A stretch of DNA of 64,000 bases, taken from assembly GCA_964016885.1 (NCBI GenBank), contig OZ024740.1, forward strand, positions 4,030,001 to 4,094,000. Direction: 5' to 3'. Of the stretch, positions 13,744-26,315 are shown one piece after another. The DNA comes from Eledone cirrhosa. Lineage: Eukaryota. The first letter of the stretch is position 1. Each line of letters begins with the position of its first letter. Below the pieces are notes generated by a model. That model ran no database searches. It saw only the letters and a program-made list of their open reading frames with translations, and had not been told where the DNA came from. A program made the translations under genes and the position numbers.

Positions 13744-14354
13744 CATCATCATCATCATCATCACCGTTTTACGTCCGTTCTTCCACGCTAGCATGGGTTA
13801 GACGGGTTGTCCTGTTGTGGGCAGTGTCTGGTCGGCTGACCATGCCTTGCTCATACAGGAACTGATCTGGCTTGATTTCTACAGCTGGATGCCCTTCCTA
13901 ACACCAACCTCATTTACAGTGAGTGCTGGGTGCTTTTTCGTGGCGCCTACACGTCCACTTTACAGTGTGGGCTGGGTGCTTTTTTGCCGTGGCACCTCCA
14001 CGACCACCTTGCGGTGGGGGGGGGGGGGGCATATTGTTTATATGCATCAGCATGTACCCATGGGAGGTCGGGTACCCTGTATTACTGCGTGACGCCAGAA
14101 GTCACGGTCGTGTGTCATTGACTTTGAGAGGTGTAGTTGGGTAAGGTCGGCTTTTATCACCTCATCCCAAGTCATCTTGGGTCTCCCCACTCCGCGGTTT
14201 CCATCAACTTCTAGTGCTCTGCACCTTTTTATGCAGCTGTCATCCTTCATACGCATCACATGTCCATACCAGCGTAACCGCCTCTCCTGCACGCAGCATT
14301 TGATTCCTCTTATGCTCAGTCTCTCTCTCAATTCATTTATGCTTTGTCGTTCAC

Positions 14355-14358
<4 letters not shown>
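13742..14358 (-). mobile_element. RTE-A 3' fragment
   Basis: Near-identical reverse complement of ~5850-6465 including the (GAT)n tail. Confidence 0.93.
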
Positions 14359-14440
<82 letters not shown>

Positions 14441-14448
14441 CATATATA

Positions 14449-15352
14449 TATAACTTTGAATAACTTTGAAATGTTTTGGCCAGTATTGGCCCAGGCCATG
14501 TCTAACTTAATAGCACCACCTGGCGAAGTCTTTCAATTCAGGATTTGGGCACAATGGCCCATTCGAGAAAGGAATTACTGTTTGCGGAGACATATCCGGG
14601 TGTGGGTGGTTTGTCCGGGATTAATTGGAGGAATTTGTCCAAAGAATTCTTGAATTTTGTGTGGTCAGTTTCTGTTTTGACGTGTCCTGGTGTGATGTTG
14701 AAGAGAGCAGGGCCAATTGAGGTGAAATAATTGTGCCGTATTGTTGTTATGAGTTGCGATTTATATTTTTGTTTGGGACGGATAGCATGGGGCCCAAGCC
14801 TTGGGTGTATTTTGAAGGTGATGCCAACATCATTTGGGCAGTGCTGATGAAACATTTTCCACATCATGCAGATAATACAACGCTCACGGCGACGTTGGAG
14901 TGAGTAAAGTTTCAGCTTTTCTAGTCGACCCCAGTAGTCAAGGTCTGACATGCCATTTATCTTTTTCATGATTGCCCTTTGGGGAGCTTCAAGTTTCATG
15001 ATACTTTGTTTCGTGTGGGGAGACCACAGTGGACAACAGTATTCAAGGTGTGGTCGGGCAAAAGTGGAGAAGAGAAGGATAATGATGTGGGAATCTCTCG
15101 ACTGGAAGGTTCTGAGGATCCAGGAACACGTTCTGCCGGCCATGTCAACTTTGCTGCTTATATGCGTAGCCCAGCTTATGTTGCTGTCCACGATTACTCC
15201 CAAGTCTCTGATGTTGTTAGATGCCACGAGAGTTTCACCGGAGGGAAGGGAGTACGGGAGTTTCAGAGCATCCTCTTTTCCAAAGTGGATCAGTTCGAAT
15301 TTGTCTTCGTTCAGTAACATGTTGTTCTTTTCCGCCCATTGGGTAACAGCCA
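14449..15352 (-). mobile_element. CR1/jockey-group LINE 3' fragment (RT C-terminus; ORF 14538-15320)
   Basis: Motifs N.DKFELIHFG, RDLGV.VD, RPHLEYCCPLWSP, LYSLQRRRER, FK..LDKFL..IPD.P; short repeated tail (TTCAAAGTTA)2 on minus. Confidence 0.82.
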
Positions 15353-15470
15353 GTATGGATTATTATAGGATTATGAGTTCATGCAATTGACTTATGTTTC
15401 GTCACTATATATATATATATTTATACATATATATATATCTATATATATATATATATATACATATATATAT

Positions 15471-15799
15471 ACCCGACCTCCCATGGGTACAAGCTGAAGC
15501 ATATAGACAATTTGCCCCCACACCCCCCACCGCAAGGTGGTCATGAAGGTGCCACGGCAAAAAAGCACCCAGCCCACACTGTAAAGTGGACGTGTAGGCG
15601 CCACGAAAAAGCACCCAGCACTCACTGTAAATGAGGTTGGTGTTAGGAAGGGCATCCAGCTGTAGAAATCAAGTCAAATCAGTTCCTGTATGAGCAAGGC
15701 ATGGTCAGCCGACCAGACACTGCCCACAACAGGACAACCCGTCTAACCCATGCTAGCGTGGAAGAACGGACGTAAAACGGTGATGATGATGATGATGAT
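15471..15799 (+). mobile_element. RTE-A 3' UTR fragment
   Basis: Matches 6137-6465. Confidence 0.9.
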
Positions 15800-16499
15800 A
15801 AATATATATATATATATATGTTGAAGCTAAATTCTAATTATATATATATATACATACACATATATATTCCATACATCTTATGAAAACTCCTATTTCTATA
15901 AAGATTATTATTCCCCAAACGACAAACATGGGTAAATTATTTTCTTGTTCCAAAAGACCAACAGGTGTCCGAGCATTCATGTTTCTGCTCTCCATGGCAA
16001 TAATGTTGTTGAAAGGTAAGGTATGAGCTAATACCTCATGGCTCCATCAGCACCATTGTTGTAGCAGATGGTATTGTCAGAATACAGCTGAAACAGATAC
16101 TGCAAGACACCCTATAAATCTCTCTACCAATCTGTTTTGATGGAGTGAGACATTATTTTATTGAACTTAAAAGGTTAAAAGAGTGATGCTGTGAATTTGT
16201 TCATTCTAAATCATATCCTTTTGGTGCCTTGAGAAAACAACACCAAAATTCAGCATGGAGCATATAAAATATAGAAGTAACAGAAGTAAGTTTTATACCA
16301 ATATTATGTTTTTCTGTTCAAATTCTAGCTGTTTGATGAGGTCATAGCTGTTGCATAATGGTTATCACCGAAATATATATAACAGTGACTATGAATAAAC
16401 ACAGTTAATTTTAACCTGTTGACTTACACTTCTTATTTACACACACATATATATATGCATATATAACGACGTATTATGTTCGCTTTTTTCTGTTCGTTG

Positions 16500-16672
16500 C
16501 CAGGGAACGTCTTCACGAACCAAAGTATCGTCTTCCTGTTTTCCTTCGGCTGCAACGTTTTTCGAAATATTTACTTCTGCGTTCACAGATTGATTTTTTT
16601 TAGTTTCAGAAGATCCCGTTAAGGGTGAAAGCAGCGATTCTTTGCTTAAATTTTAATCTGTTATTTTAATAA
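16500..16672 (+). repeat. Dispersed repeat (second copy inverted at 56232-56395) containing a hammerhead-like fold
   Basis: Alignable by eye to the reverse complement of 56232-56395; both copies lie near (TA)n. Confidence 0.75.
16602..16652 (+). ncRNA. Possible variant hammerhead (core CAGAAGA, U4>A)
   Basis: AGTTT-CAGAAGA-tCCCgttaaGGGt-GAAA-stem III AGCAG/TTGCT-T-AAATT. Confidence 0.35.
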
Positions 16673-16759
16673 ATATTTGCTCTAGGGTTCTTATATATTT
16701 GATATATATTTATCCTTATCGGGCCCTCTTTGGATTTTAGTCTTCACATTTATTATTAT

Positions 16760-17068
<309 letters not shown>

Positions 17069-17412
17069 GGCACATGGCTTAGTGGTTAGAGCATTGGCCT
17101 TGCAATCGAAAGGTTGTGAGTTCAATTCTCAGACCGCGTGATGTGTTGTTTCTTTGAGCAAGACACTTTATTTCACATTGCTCCAGTTTACTCAGCTGTA
17201 GAAATGAGATGGTAGAGACTGGGGTCCCTATCATTCCACTGCAAAGTGGTCATGGAGGTGCCATGGCAAAAAAGCACGGAGCACTCACTGTAAATAAGGT
17301 TGGTGTTAGGAAGGGCATCCAGCTGTAGAAATCAAGCCAGAATCAGTTCCCGTCCCACCCTTGTAAGCAGGGAAAAGCGGACGTAAAATGATGATGATGA
17401 TGATGATGATGA
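17069..17412 (+). mobile_element. Full-length tRNA-derived CORE-like SINE with RTE-A-derived tail
   Basis: A/B boxes, TGC anticodon-like loop (CTTGCAA), CORE-like segment, tail shared with the RTE-A 3' UTR, (GAT)n. Confidence 0.88.
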
Positions 17413-18057
17413 TATATATATATAGCAAACATCACGAGCACTCTATCTCAAAATTATTTTTGAAAAGCATTAGAAATGCGCAACCGGTAAAAACTTAAAA
17501 CTAAATACTAACCAATACTTATTACTAATTTTTACTTATTCCTAATTAAACTATTTTTCGCTGGGAAAAATTTGTCACCATTTTCTTTTCCTTTTACTAA
17601 TATATCACAACTCGTGTGTTACACCTATATTTTTTTAAATATATATATATATATATATATACATACGTATATATATATATATACATAAATATATATATAT
17701 ATACATACATATATATATATATACATGCATATACATACATATATCATAGTGCTGAATGAGCTACTTCAGATAAAAATGGTGTGTTATCTATTACACCATG
17801 ATAGTACTGATACATTTCAAAATTGTATATATATATATGTGTGTGTGTGTGTTTTCATGTGTGTGCATGTGTATACATATATGTTATGATCTAGCACAGT
17901 ATATATTAAACACACATAACAAATGAACCATGAGAATCTTCTTCTAGAAGAAAGAAAGGAGATTATAACGAAGAAGCGATTGTCTGTATGGCAATAAGTT
18001 AACATCTAGATGTCCTACAACATATCCCTGCCCTTCAAACTCCTCTCAACTCCTTCA

Positions 18058-18280
18058 TAATAATGGTTTATACTTTAGGCACAAAGCCAACTATTTGAAG
18101 GGGAAAAGTCGATTAAATCGACTCCAGTATGTTACTGGTACTTTATTTTATCAGCACTGTAAAGATAAAAGGCAAAGCTAAGCTTGATGTCATTTGAACT
18201 CAGAAGGTAAAGGGCCATAACTCTATGCCTCAAACCTTGTTGTACGAAGCTCTACTGATTCTGCTAATCCTACCTTGATA
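18058..18280 (-). mobile_element. Diverged Meta-like tRNA SINE
   Basis: Homologous to 59465-59657; a tail fragment in the opposite orientation follows at ~18296-18348. Confidence 0.7.
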
Positions 18281-18659
18281 ATAATATTATTTTTACAGTA
18301 ATGCACTGGGTAATTGCTGGCCTTGTGCCTAACGTAGAAACAATTATTGTTATTGTAATACTAGTGGTGGTAGTAACAACAATAACAACAACAGTTGGAC
18401 TCCCCACCACCCAAACAAACACACACACTCACACACATACACAAACGCACATACACTAACACATGCAGATGCATACACAACACATACTCACACACACGCA
18501 CCCTCCCACACACTGACATACACCCCCTCCCACACACTGACAGGAGAACTCTGTTCCAAGATTATCTACAGAAATATTCACCAACTTATAAATGTATTTA
18601 TAACTATTGACTGTTATAGTTTTCAGAAATTGTATACACACACACACACACAAACACTC

Positions 18660-18790
<131 letters not shown>

Positions 18791-18915
18791 CGTTTAATGG
18801 TAGCTAAGATGCATCCATAGGCAGTATGCCGGTTGAGCATTCTATGCTCCTATGAAGCAGAGTATTATAGAATGGAAAACGAAAAATCAGAGATGCATTG
18901 GAACTCAATTAATTG

Positions 18916-19007
18916 CGTATTACAATTGTTTCTCCGGCGAACAGATCGAGGTGCGATCTGTGTGTGTGGATCGAACTGACTCTGGATTCACAGGTTCTTC
19001 GGACACG
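18916..19007 (-). ncRNA. Type I hammerhead ribozyme candidate with expanded stem II (core CCGAAGA)
   Basis: Minus strand: stem I CGTGT/ATACG; CCGAAGA; stem II CCTGTGAA/TTCGCCGG (imperfect) enclosing hairpin ACAGATCG/CGATCTGT; GAAA; palindromic stem III ACAATTGT; GUA triplet. Confidence 0.6.
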
Positions 19008-19032
19008 TCTATTGATTTCGGAGCAGATCCTC

Positions 19033-19082
<50 letters not shown>

Positions 19083-19084
<2 letters not shown>

Positions 19085-19354
19085 TTTTTTTTTTACGTCC
19101 GCTTTTTCCCTGCTTACAAGGGTAGGATTGGATTGATTCTGGCTTGATTTCTACAGCTGGATGCCCTTCCTAACACCAACCTCATTTACAGTGAGTGCTG
19201 GGGGCTTTTTTGCCGTGGCAAGTCCACATCCACTTTGCAGTGGAATGATAGGGACCACAGTCCCTATGATCTCATTTCTACAGCTGAGTAAACTGGAGCA
19301 ATGTGAAACAAAGTGTCTTGCTCAAGGAAACAACACATCACCCGGTCTGAGAAC
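19083..19354 (-). mobile_element. 5'-truncated CORE-like SINE
   Basis: Reverse complement of 17127-17390. Confidence 0.85.
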
Positions 19355-19368
19355 TTGGTTATCCTCTC

Positions 19369-19409
<41 letters not shown>

Positions 19410-19411
<2 letters not shown>

Positions 19412-20349
19412 CCTCAACCAATTCTAGCGGCATCCTGCCTACATTAGTGATTCCCTCTGGCTTCTCAACATTCTCTACCAGATATTTTGTTTTAGTCTCA
19501 TTATCAGCCCCACACTCATCGACACAGTCTCAACCTCCCGCATCAAATCCTCTGCCTCCTTCACTGTATTTGTCACCAAAACTATTTTGTCGGCAAATTC
19601 AGCATCCGATATCTTTTTCGTCTTAACTCTCCTGCTCTGAGCCGGTGCTACAGTAAAGCCAGAGTCCTGGTGTTTCTCCAGTGCAAGGTGCATACAATAG
19701 TCCACTACGATGAGAAAAAGATAGGGAGCCAATGTATCTCCCTGGAACACTCTAGCCAGTATCTCAAAGAATTGGTTGAGGACTTATTGTATTTGGGAGC
19801 AAAGATTGGGAATACGGAAGATGATGTGGTTGAGAGGAAGAGCAAAGCCTGGGCGGCGTGCCACAGTTTGAGATCGTGTAGAAGTCGGACCTTCGTAAAG
19901 ACCTGAAAATCCGCCTCTTCATTGCTGTGGTGGGGTCTGTGCTGCTGTAGGGGTCTGAGACTTGGACACTGACCAAGAAACTCACTCAGATGGTGGATGG
20001 GTGCTACACAAGAATGCTGAAGATGGCTCTGAACATTAATCAGTATACACTGAGGATGAAACACTCAGAACTGTATGGGAGCCTCCCAAAAGTCAGCTCA
20101 AAAGTGACACAGAGGAGACTGAGGTTAGCTGGACATGCTCGCCAACATCCAGAGTTGACATTGCACTTAGTGCTCCTGTCGGAGCCCCTACATGGACACA
20201 TTGGAAGGGGAAGACCAAGGTTAACGTATGTTGATGCCCTAAGGACAGACACTGGTCTGTTGGAGACGCATAACATGGGAGCAATAATGAGGGACAGAGA
20301 CCGCTGGAGAGAACTCGTCCATGGATCTCGGGAATTTTACCCGCCCTAG
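19410..20349 (+). mobile_element. RTE-B copy with 5' inversion
   Basis: 19410-~19762 inverted RT part (QGDTLAPY, FADK); 19768-20349 sense 3' part (RRLRLAGH, GRPRLTY); AGAATTGGTTGAGGAC duplicated at the breakpoints. Confidence 0.87.
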
Positions 20350-20878
20350 AAAAAAAATTATATGTGTGTGTGTGTGTGTGTCTGTATACATATATGTATG
20401 TATATTTATATATGTTACAGTTTCTGAAATATATCATAACAGTAAATAGTAATAAATACATTTAAACACACACATGCACACACACATACACCCCCCCCCC
20501 ACACACACACACATACACACACACATATATATATATATATATTTGTGTGTGTGTATATATACAATCTTTAAATATTATTTTAAAATGAGAAGAAAATATT
20601 TATTAGACAAAGTAAATATATTGGAGTATATATTGCTGATGTAGCAATTAACTATTCTTGGAAAGCAATGAAGAAAAACAAATATATGTGTGTGTATATA
20701 TCTTCATTATAATTATTATATATACATGCACACACATATATCAAACCATTGAAAGAAACTCTCCAACAGAGAAACCGAATAAACACAACAACCAATAAAA
20801 ACACGTCTTATAAACCAAAATATTCAGCAATACAACAGTTGGAATCAAGGAATGAAAGTAGAATGATAGAGTATATCT

Positions 20879-20925
20879 GATATTGCCTGAAGAGTCATGT
20901 TATGGTGAAACATAGTTGAAGTATC
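20879..20925 (+). ncRNA. Degenerate minimal type I hammerhead
   Basis: Stem I GATATTGC/GAAGTATC (1 mismatch); CTGAAGA; stem II GTCAT/ATGGT; GAAA-CATAGT-T. Confidence 0.5.
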
Positions 20926-21204
20926 AAAAAAGACGTTCTACATATATGTGCACACACAAACGTATATATGATAGTATAAGAACAATTTTCTCTGTGTGTG
21001 TGAGAGATAAAGATTCATGATAAACAAAATTATTTCTAATGTCAGAATGAGAGAGAGAGGGTGGAGAAGTAGTAACAATATTTACAACATTGGTAATGTC
21101 ACTGTTGGTGGAATAGTGTAACTATAGCGTTTGTGACAATATGGAGATAGCAGTTAAATCTCCCCCAAAACAAATCTAAATGTATTAAGCATAAATTAAC
21201 TAAG

Positions 21205-21898
21205 TGAGAAATTAGGAATAAGAGGGATCAGATGCTGTTTACTTGAGAGAAGACTACGTTGGTATGGTCACGTGATGCACATGAAAGACGACAGCTGTAT
21301 AAAAAGTGCAGGGCGATCAAAATTGATGGAAGTTACAGAGTAGGTAGACCCAGAAAAACCTGGGACGATCTGATAAATTCCGACCTTGCACACTTACACC
21401 CCTCTAATACAATGTCACTGGACCGAGATCTTTGGCACTACGCAGTAATACAGAAGACCCGCCTTGCCTATGTACAAAGCGAAACCTACAGTCAGTAGGC
21501 ACCTCTTAATCAAATATACACCCCAATCCACTACCCCTACCCTATCCTCCCACTCCCACCAACACCACCCTCTCTCTATAAAGTAGGTACCACAACATCC
21601 AGTCCAAATAAATGAGATAACGAGATCGAGATTGTGTAGGTGTCACGACAAAATAACACACGGTCCACGCTCTAATGTGGTTGTGTAGGTAACACGGTAA
21701 AAAGTTCCCAGTTCCACACTGTAAACGTGGTTGGTGTTAGGAAGGGCATCCAGCCGTAGAAAACCTGCCAGACAGTCCTATACGAGCAAATCACGGTCAC
21801 CCAACCTACCTTGCCTCAAGTGGGACAACTTACGTCTAACCCATGCTAGCGTGGAAGATGGACGTTAAACGAGGATGATGATGATGATGATGATGATG
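21205..21898 (+). mobile_element. RTE-A subfamily 3' fragment
   Basis: Matches 58570-59245; (GAT)n tail. Confidence 0.9.
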
Positions 21899-22100
21899 AA
21901 CCAATAACGAGAACATCTATAGGGTAGCTATAACTGTTAGAAACAGCAGCCTAATACCTCTCAAGTCACACTCTTCTATTTTAGGAGTGTAAATATATAC
22001 ATATGGACCAAGGCAAAACTCTGTATAATCTAGACTTACAGAATTAGATGTCCTATGAACCTAAAATCATAATGTATGTGCGTGTGTGTGTATGTATGTA

Positions 22101-23731
22101 CAAGGTACACTCAAGAATTTTTGAGACTTTTTCTTTTCTGGCACTTTTAATTAACCCAAGTAATTGTCACTCTAACATATCCTTGATATGATTATAATAA
22201 GCTAACATGCCAAATCTTCTTTTTTCCAGATTGAAGGTCTGGGCTGTTACAGCACTTTGAACTCTACTCATCATACATGTATTGCCACAGTTGACTGGTT
22301 CCACAATTCAGTCAGAACCTGAGGGCAACTTTGAGGCTCGATATACAATAAAATTTTGTGTCAAGCTCAGCAAAAATGTGGCAGAAACATATGAAATGGT
22401 CAAAACTGCTTTTGGGCTAACTTTTATGAGCCAGGTAACTTGGCAGGGTTAGGGTTAGGATGCTAAAGTTGGTCGCCAAAATTTGCAAATTTCTGGATGA
22501 GGACTATCGTCATACATCTCTTCTGAAGTGGTTGAGGACACTCTGCATTTATGACGATCTGAACATGTGCAAAGTTTGTTCCCAGGGTGCTCAATGAAGT
22601 TCAAAGGCAGAGGCATGTTGATGACAGCAGAGAGGTGGTTGAATGAATCACTTCGAATGCAAGTGTTCTTGAGTTTCTGGTAACCTGTGATGAGGGCTGG
22701 GTCTACTGTTATGATCTAGAGACCAAGAGACAGAGTGCCCAGTGGAAACACTCTGACTCCCCAAGACCCAAGAAGGCCAGGCAAAGCAGGTCCACTGGGA
22801 AGCTCATGATGATCCCATTCTTCGACAGCAAGAGCATCATCTACATCCACTGGGTCCCACACGGCCAGACAGTCAACACAGAGTACTATGTAGAGGTTTT
22901 GAGGCAGTTCAGAAAGAGATTTTGTTGTAAGAGACCAGAACTCTTCAAGTCTGTCTGTGGCACCTGCACAGGACAATGTCCTCTGCACCAGGACAATGAC
23001 ACCTGCACCAGGACTCTGCCCCCTGCACCTGGTGACCAACTACTTGGCCGATATGAGGATCAAGACTGTCCCTCATCCTTCTTACAGTCCAACTTAGCCC
23101 TATGCAACTTCTGGATGTTCCCAAAGCTGAAGAAGCTCAGAAGTATCCACCTTGAGGATGTGGTGAAGATGAAGGAGGGTGTGACAAGTGCCCTAGCACC
23201 TTCACGTTGGAGGACTACAAGGCGGCTTTCCAGAAAGAACACACACTCTTTTGCTGTTACTAAACCATTTCAGGAGTTCATAGCGGAATACTAGTCTAGA
23301 TCCTTAACTATCACAGAACATTACCCTTATTTATTGGTCTTAGTAAAGGCTATATACAGAACGAAGTTAAGACTCTGTACACCAAGTTCTCTTAACACAG
23401 CAGTTTACCTATGGGACAAATATATAGGTTGCTTTTATGGATTTATTTATATAAACCAACAGAATGATTCTTTGCTGCATTGCTGGTCTATGAAATTATC
23501 TTTGATATTTTCTTACTGGAATTACAAATGAGGAATTCATTGAAACGGTAAATGGAACCAGTGAAGGGATTAATATCATTTGATAGAAAAAGAAAACAGG
23601 TCAACAATAACCACAGCAAAATACAATGGCATTGAAGTTGGAGGATCCTACTTTGAGGTGGACTAGAGTTTTGTGTTGGCCTGAGTTAAATGTTTCTGAT
23701 AAAAGCCTCAAAACCTCTTGAGTGTGCTGTG
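22101..23731 (+). mobile_element. Decayed mariner (Tc1/mariner) transposon
   Basis: Imperfect ~30-bp TIRs (CAAGGTACACTCAAGAATTTTTGAGACTTTT / AAAAGCCTCAAAACCTCTTGAGTGTGCTGTG) flanked by TA; transposase remnants IKFCVKL.K...ETYEM, VTCDEGW, LHQDN, NFWMFPKLK, IEVGGSYFE; frameshifted. Confidence 0.88.
23237..23633. repeat. ~397-bp insertion in the mariner, inverted near-identical copy of 45493-45890
   Basis: Same 65-aa ORF appears in the track at 23334(+) and 45595(-); about 4 differences seen by eye. Confidence 0.92.
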
Positions 23732-24071
23732 TATGTATGTGTGTCTATGGTTAAGTCGACAAAGGTGATTTCTATGTAGTAACATACTGCTAGATATAGT
23801 AGCTAAATTATCCTCATATCACACCTTGCTATGTTATGTTACTTTGATACCAGACCTGAGTATGGCTGAGTTCCTCTGTTAGTGTGATAGAGGTTAAAAG
23901 ATGATGATGGGTGTTCATATGTATGTGTTTGTCTATAGGTACTGAATAGTGTGAATGATTTTTATGTCATTGTATTAATGTGTATATTTCTAAAAATAGT
24001 GTTTTCAAAGAATTCCTGTTCTTGATGATTTCCTTTAAATGAAACAGTTCTAGTCCTGTAGAAGCCATTTC

Positions 24072-24109
<38 letters not shown>

Positions 24110-24112
<3 letters not shown>

Positions 24113-25538
24113 TGCTAGGCAATGTGTCAGGAAAACCGTGATATTTTCGGGGAGAAGTGTGTCCGTAATGATGATGGTGTACTTGCCATCACTGACGCTG
24201 ATAAGAAGGTAGCTTGGAAGTGTCACTACGAAAGGTTACTAAATGAGGAGAATAAATGGGAGAAAGACAGTCTCCCCCACATCGATCCAATAGAGACCAG
24301 CAGTGCTAGTTGAAGGTAGTATAATAAGTAGGGCAATCAAAGATTGAAGACGGGCAAGGCGGCTGACCCTTCGGAAATAGTTGCTGAAATGCTACAAGGG
24401 TAAAGGAGATGCCCTAGATAGGGGAAACTATAGAGGCATTAAATTAATTGATCAGGTCATGAAGGTCACAGAAAAAGTAATAGCGCAACTAATCAGAGAG
24501 CGAATTGATCTAGATGAAATGCAGTTCGGGTTTGTGTCAGGTAAAAGTACCACAGACGCTCTTTTCATTGTACGACAACTACAGGAGAAGTATCTAGCTA
24601 AAAGTAAACCCCTATACTTAGCTTTTGTTGACTTGGAGAAAGCCTTTGACAGAGTCCCACGCTCCATTATCTTGTGGGCTCTCAGAAAACTAGGTGTTGA
24701 TGAATGGCTTGTGAGAGCTATACAAGCCTTGTATAAAGAAACAGTCAGTAAGGTTAGAATTAACAACAAATATAGTGAAGAGTTTAGCGTAAAAGTTGGT
24801 GTTCATCAGGACTCCGTCCTTAGCCCCCTCCTATTTATTATCGCCCTCCAGGCTATAACAGAGGAGTTCAAGACCGGCTGCGCATGGGAACTTCTATACG
24901 CAGATGATCTAACGCTCATAGCTAAATCAATGGCTGAACTAGAGAAGAAATTCCAAACATGGAAGCATGGCCTAGAATCAAAAGGCCTTAAAATTAACTT
25001 GTCTAAGACTAAAGTTCTAATATGTAGGAAGGAAAATAGGGCACTGGTCCCATCTGGGAAATGGTCATGCTCAGAGTGTAGGAAAGGAGTAGGCAGAAAC
25101 TCCATTTTATGTCCCAAATGCAAAGTATGGCTGCATAAAAGATGTAGTGGGATCACAGGTAAGCTAACTAAGAATATAGATTTTATATGTGGCTGGTGCT
25201 CTGGTGCAATAAGTAGCAGCAAGTGCCCAGAGAATACTAACTCATTCCATTGCCAAGATGGTTCTATAGAAATAGTGGACACCTTCCGTTACCTGGGTGA
25301 CAAAATCAGCAGTGGTGGAGGATGCTCTGTAAGTACAGTAGCTAGAGTCAGAACGGGATGGGAAAAGTTCAGAGAGTTTATACCACTATTAGCCGCTAAA
25401 GGGTTCTCTCTAAAAATGAAAGGCAGACTGTATGATGCCTGCATAGGAACAGCAATGCTACATGGCAGTGAGACTTGGGCATTGTGTGCAGAGGAGCTAC
25501 GCAGACTGGAGAGGAACGAAGCTTGCATGCTCCGTTGG
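24110..25538 (+). mobile_element. RTE-A subfamily internal fragment (ORF 24381-25556)
   Basis: RT with YADD and PHD-like finger; internal deletion near 24390; 3' end cut by the retrozyme-like element. Confidence 0.9.
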
Positions 25539-26081
25539 GTACACCGAAAACGATAAACGGAAAAAATGGTGAATCCATACGTACATATATATGTGTGCAT
25601 GTATGTATATAAATATACATACTACTGTACGTCTGTATACATATATGTATGTACGTGTACATACTTATATTTAAGTAACAGCCGTACTAAGAGTGGGAAA
25701 TGAAATTCCGTTTCATTTTTTCCGTTTATCGTTTTCGGTGTACCCGGCCGATTAACCCACTCGATATGCAAATTGGGCTACTCAGCCGTTAATATGCATA
25801 AGGTAAGTATATACGTTCAACAATCTGGCAGGAAGGTATACGTTGCTGACGATAGCTAATAAGCTTGAAACTAGTACAGCGTTCCTTTGTCAGTGTTGAA
25901 CAAACGAGCAACGATGGTTGCTAGACACTACGGCTTAATACGGGATGTTTGTTTACAAACACACCGAGCATTATAATAAATGTTCGGTGAATCCATACAT
26001 ACATATATATATGTGTGCATGTATGTATATATATATATACATACTACTGTACGTCTGTATACATATATGTATGTGTACATA

Positions 26082-26090
<9 letters not shown>
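25537..26090 (+). mobile_element. Non-coding hammerhead-bearing element, ~1.25 tandem units of 418 bp with short 5' inversion (retrozyme/pseudo-LTR-like)
   Basis: GGTGAATCCATAC... at 25568 repeats at 25986; 25537-25568 is an inverted copy of 25713-25745; hammerhead at 25840-25882. Confidence 0.7.
25840..25882 (+). ncRNA. Minimal type I hammerhead ribozyme
   Basis: Stem I ACGTTG/CAGCGT; CTGACGA; stem II AGCT-aata-AGCT; GAAA; palindromic stem III ACTAGT; GUA triplet. Confidence 0.8.
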
Positions 26091-26142
<52 letters not shown>

Positions 26143-26237
26143 AAATTTCCGTTGGAAACAGAAAAGGTCATAGAAATGAAGAGTGCTCTATGTAAGTATC
26201 AGAGCAAAATTTAATGTATAAAAATCAATACAATATA

Positions 26238-26315
26238 ATTACCTCATTACCAGAGGTTTCCCGAATGAGGCGAATACGAAATAAACGACTTCATTCGTTC
26301 ATCAGACGAGGCAAT
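26238..26315 (-). ncRNA. Type I hammerhead ribozyme
   Basis: Minus strand: stem I ATTGCCTCGT/ATGAGGTAAT; CTGATGA; stem II CGAATGA/TCATTCG; GAAA; stem III ACC-tct-GGT; GUA, predicted cut between 26248 and 26247. Confidence 0.82.

Noticed and set aside
17069-17140. tRNA-Ala(TGC) gene, also at 54552 and 7960-8029
   Set aside because: No proper acceptor stem; continues into SINE body and LINE tail
23334-23531. Identical 65-aa ORF at two loci as a conserved small gene
   Set aside because: Identity is explained by a recent DNA duplication; TTG start and no motifs
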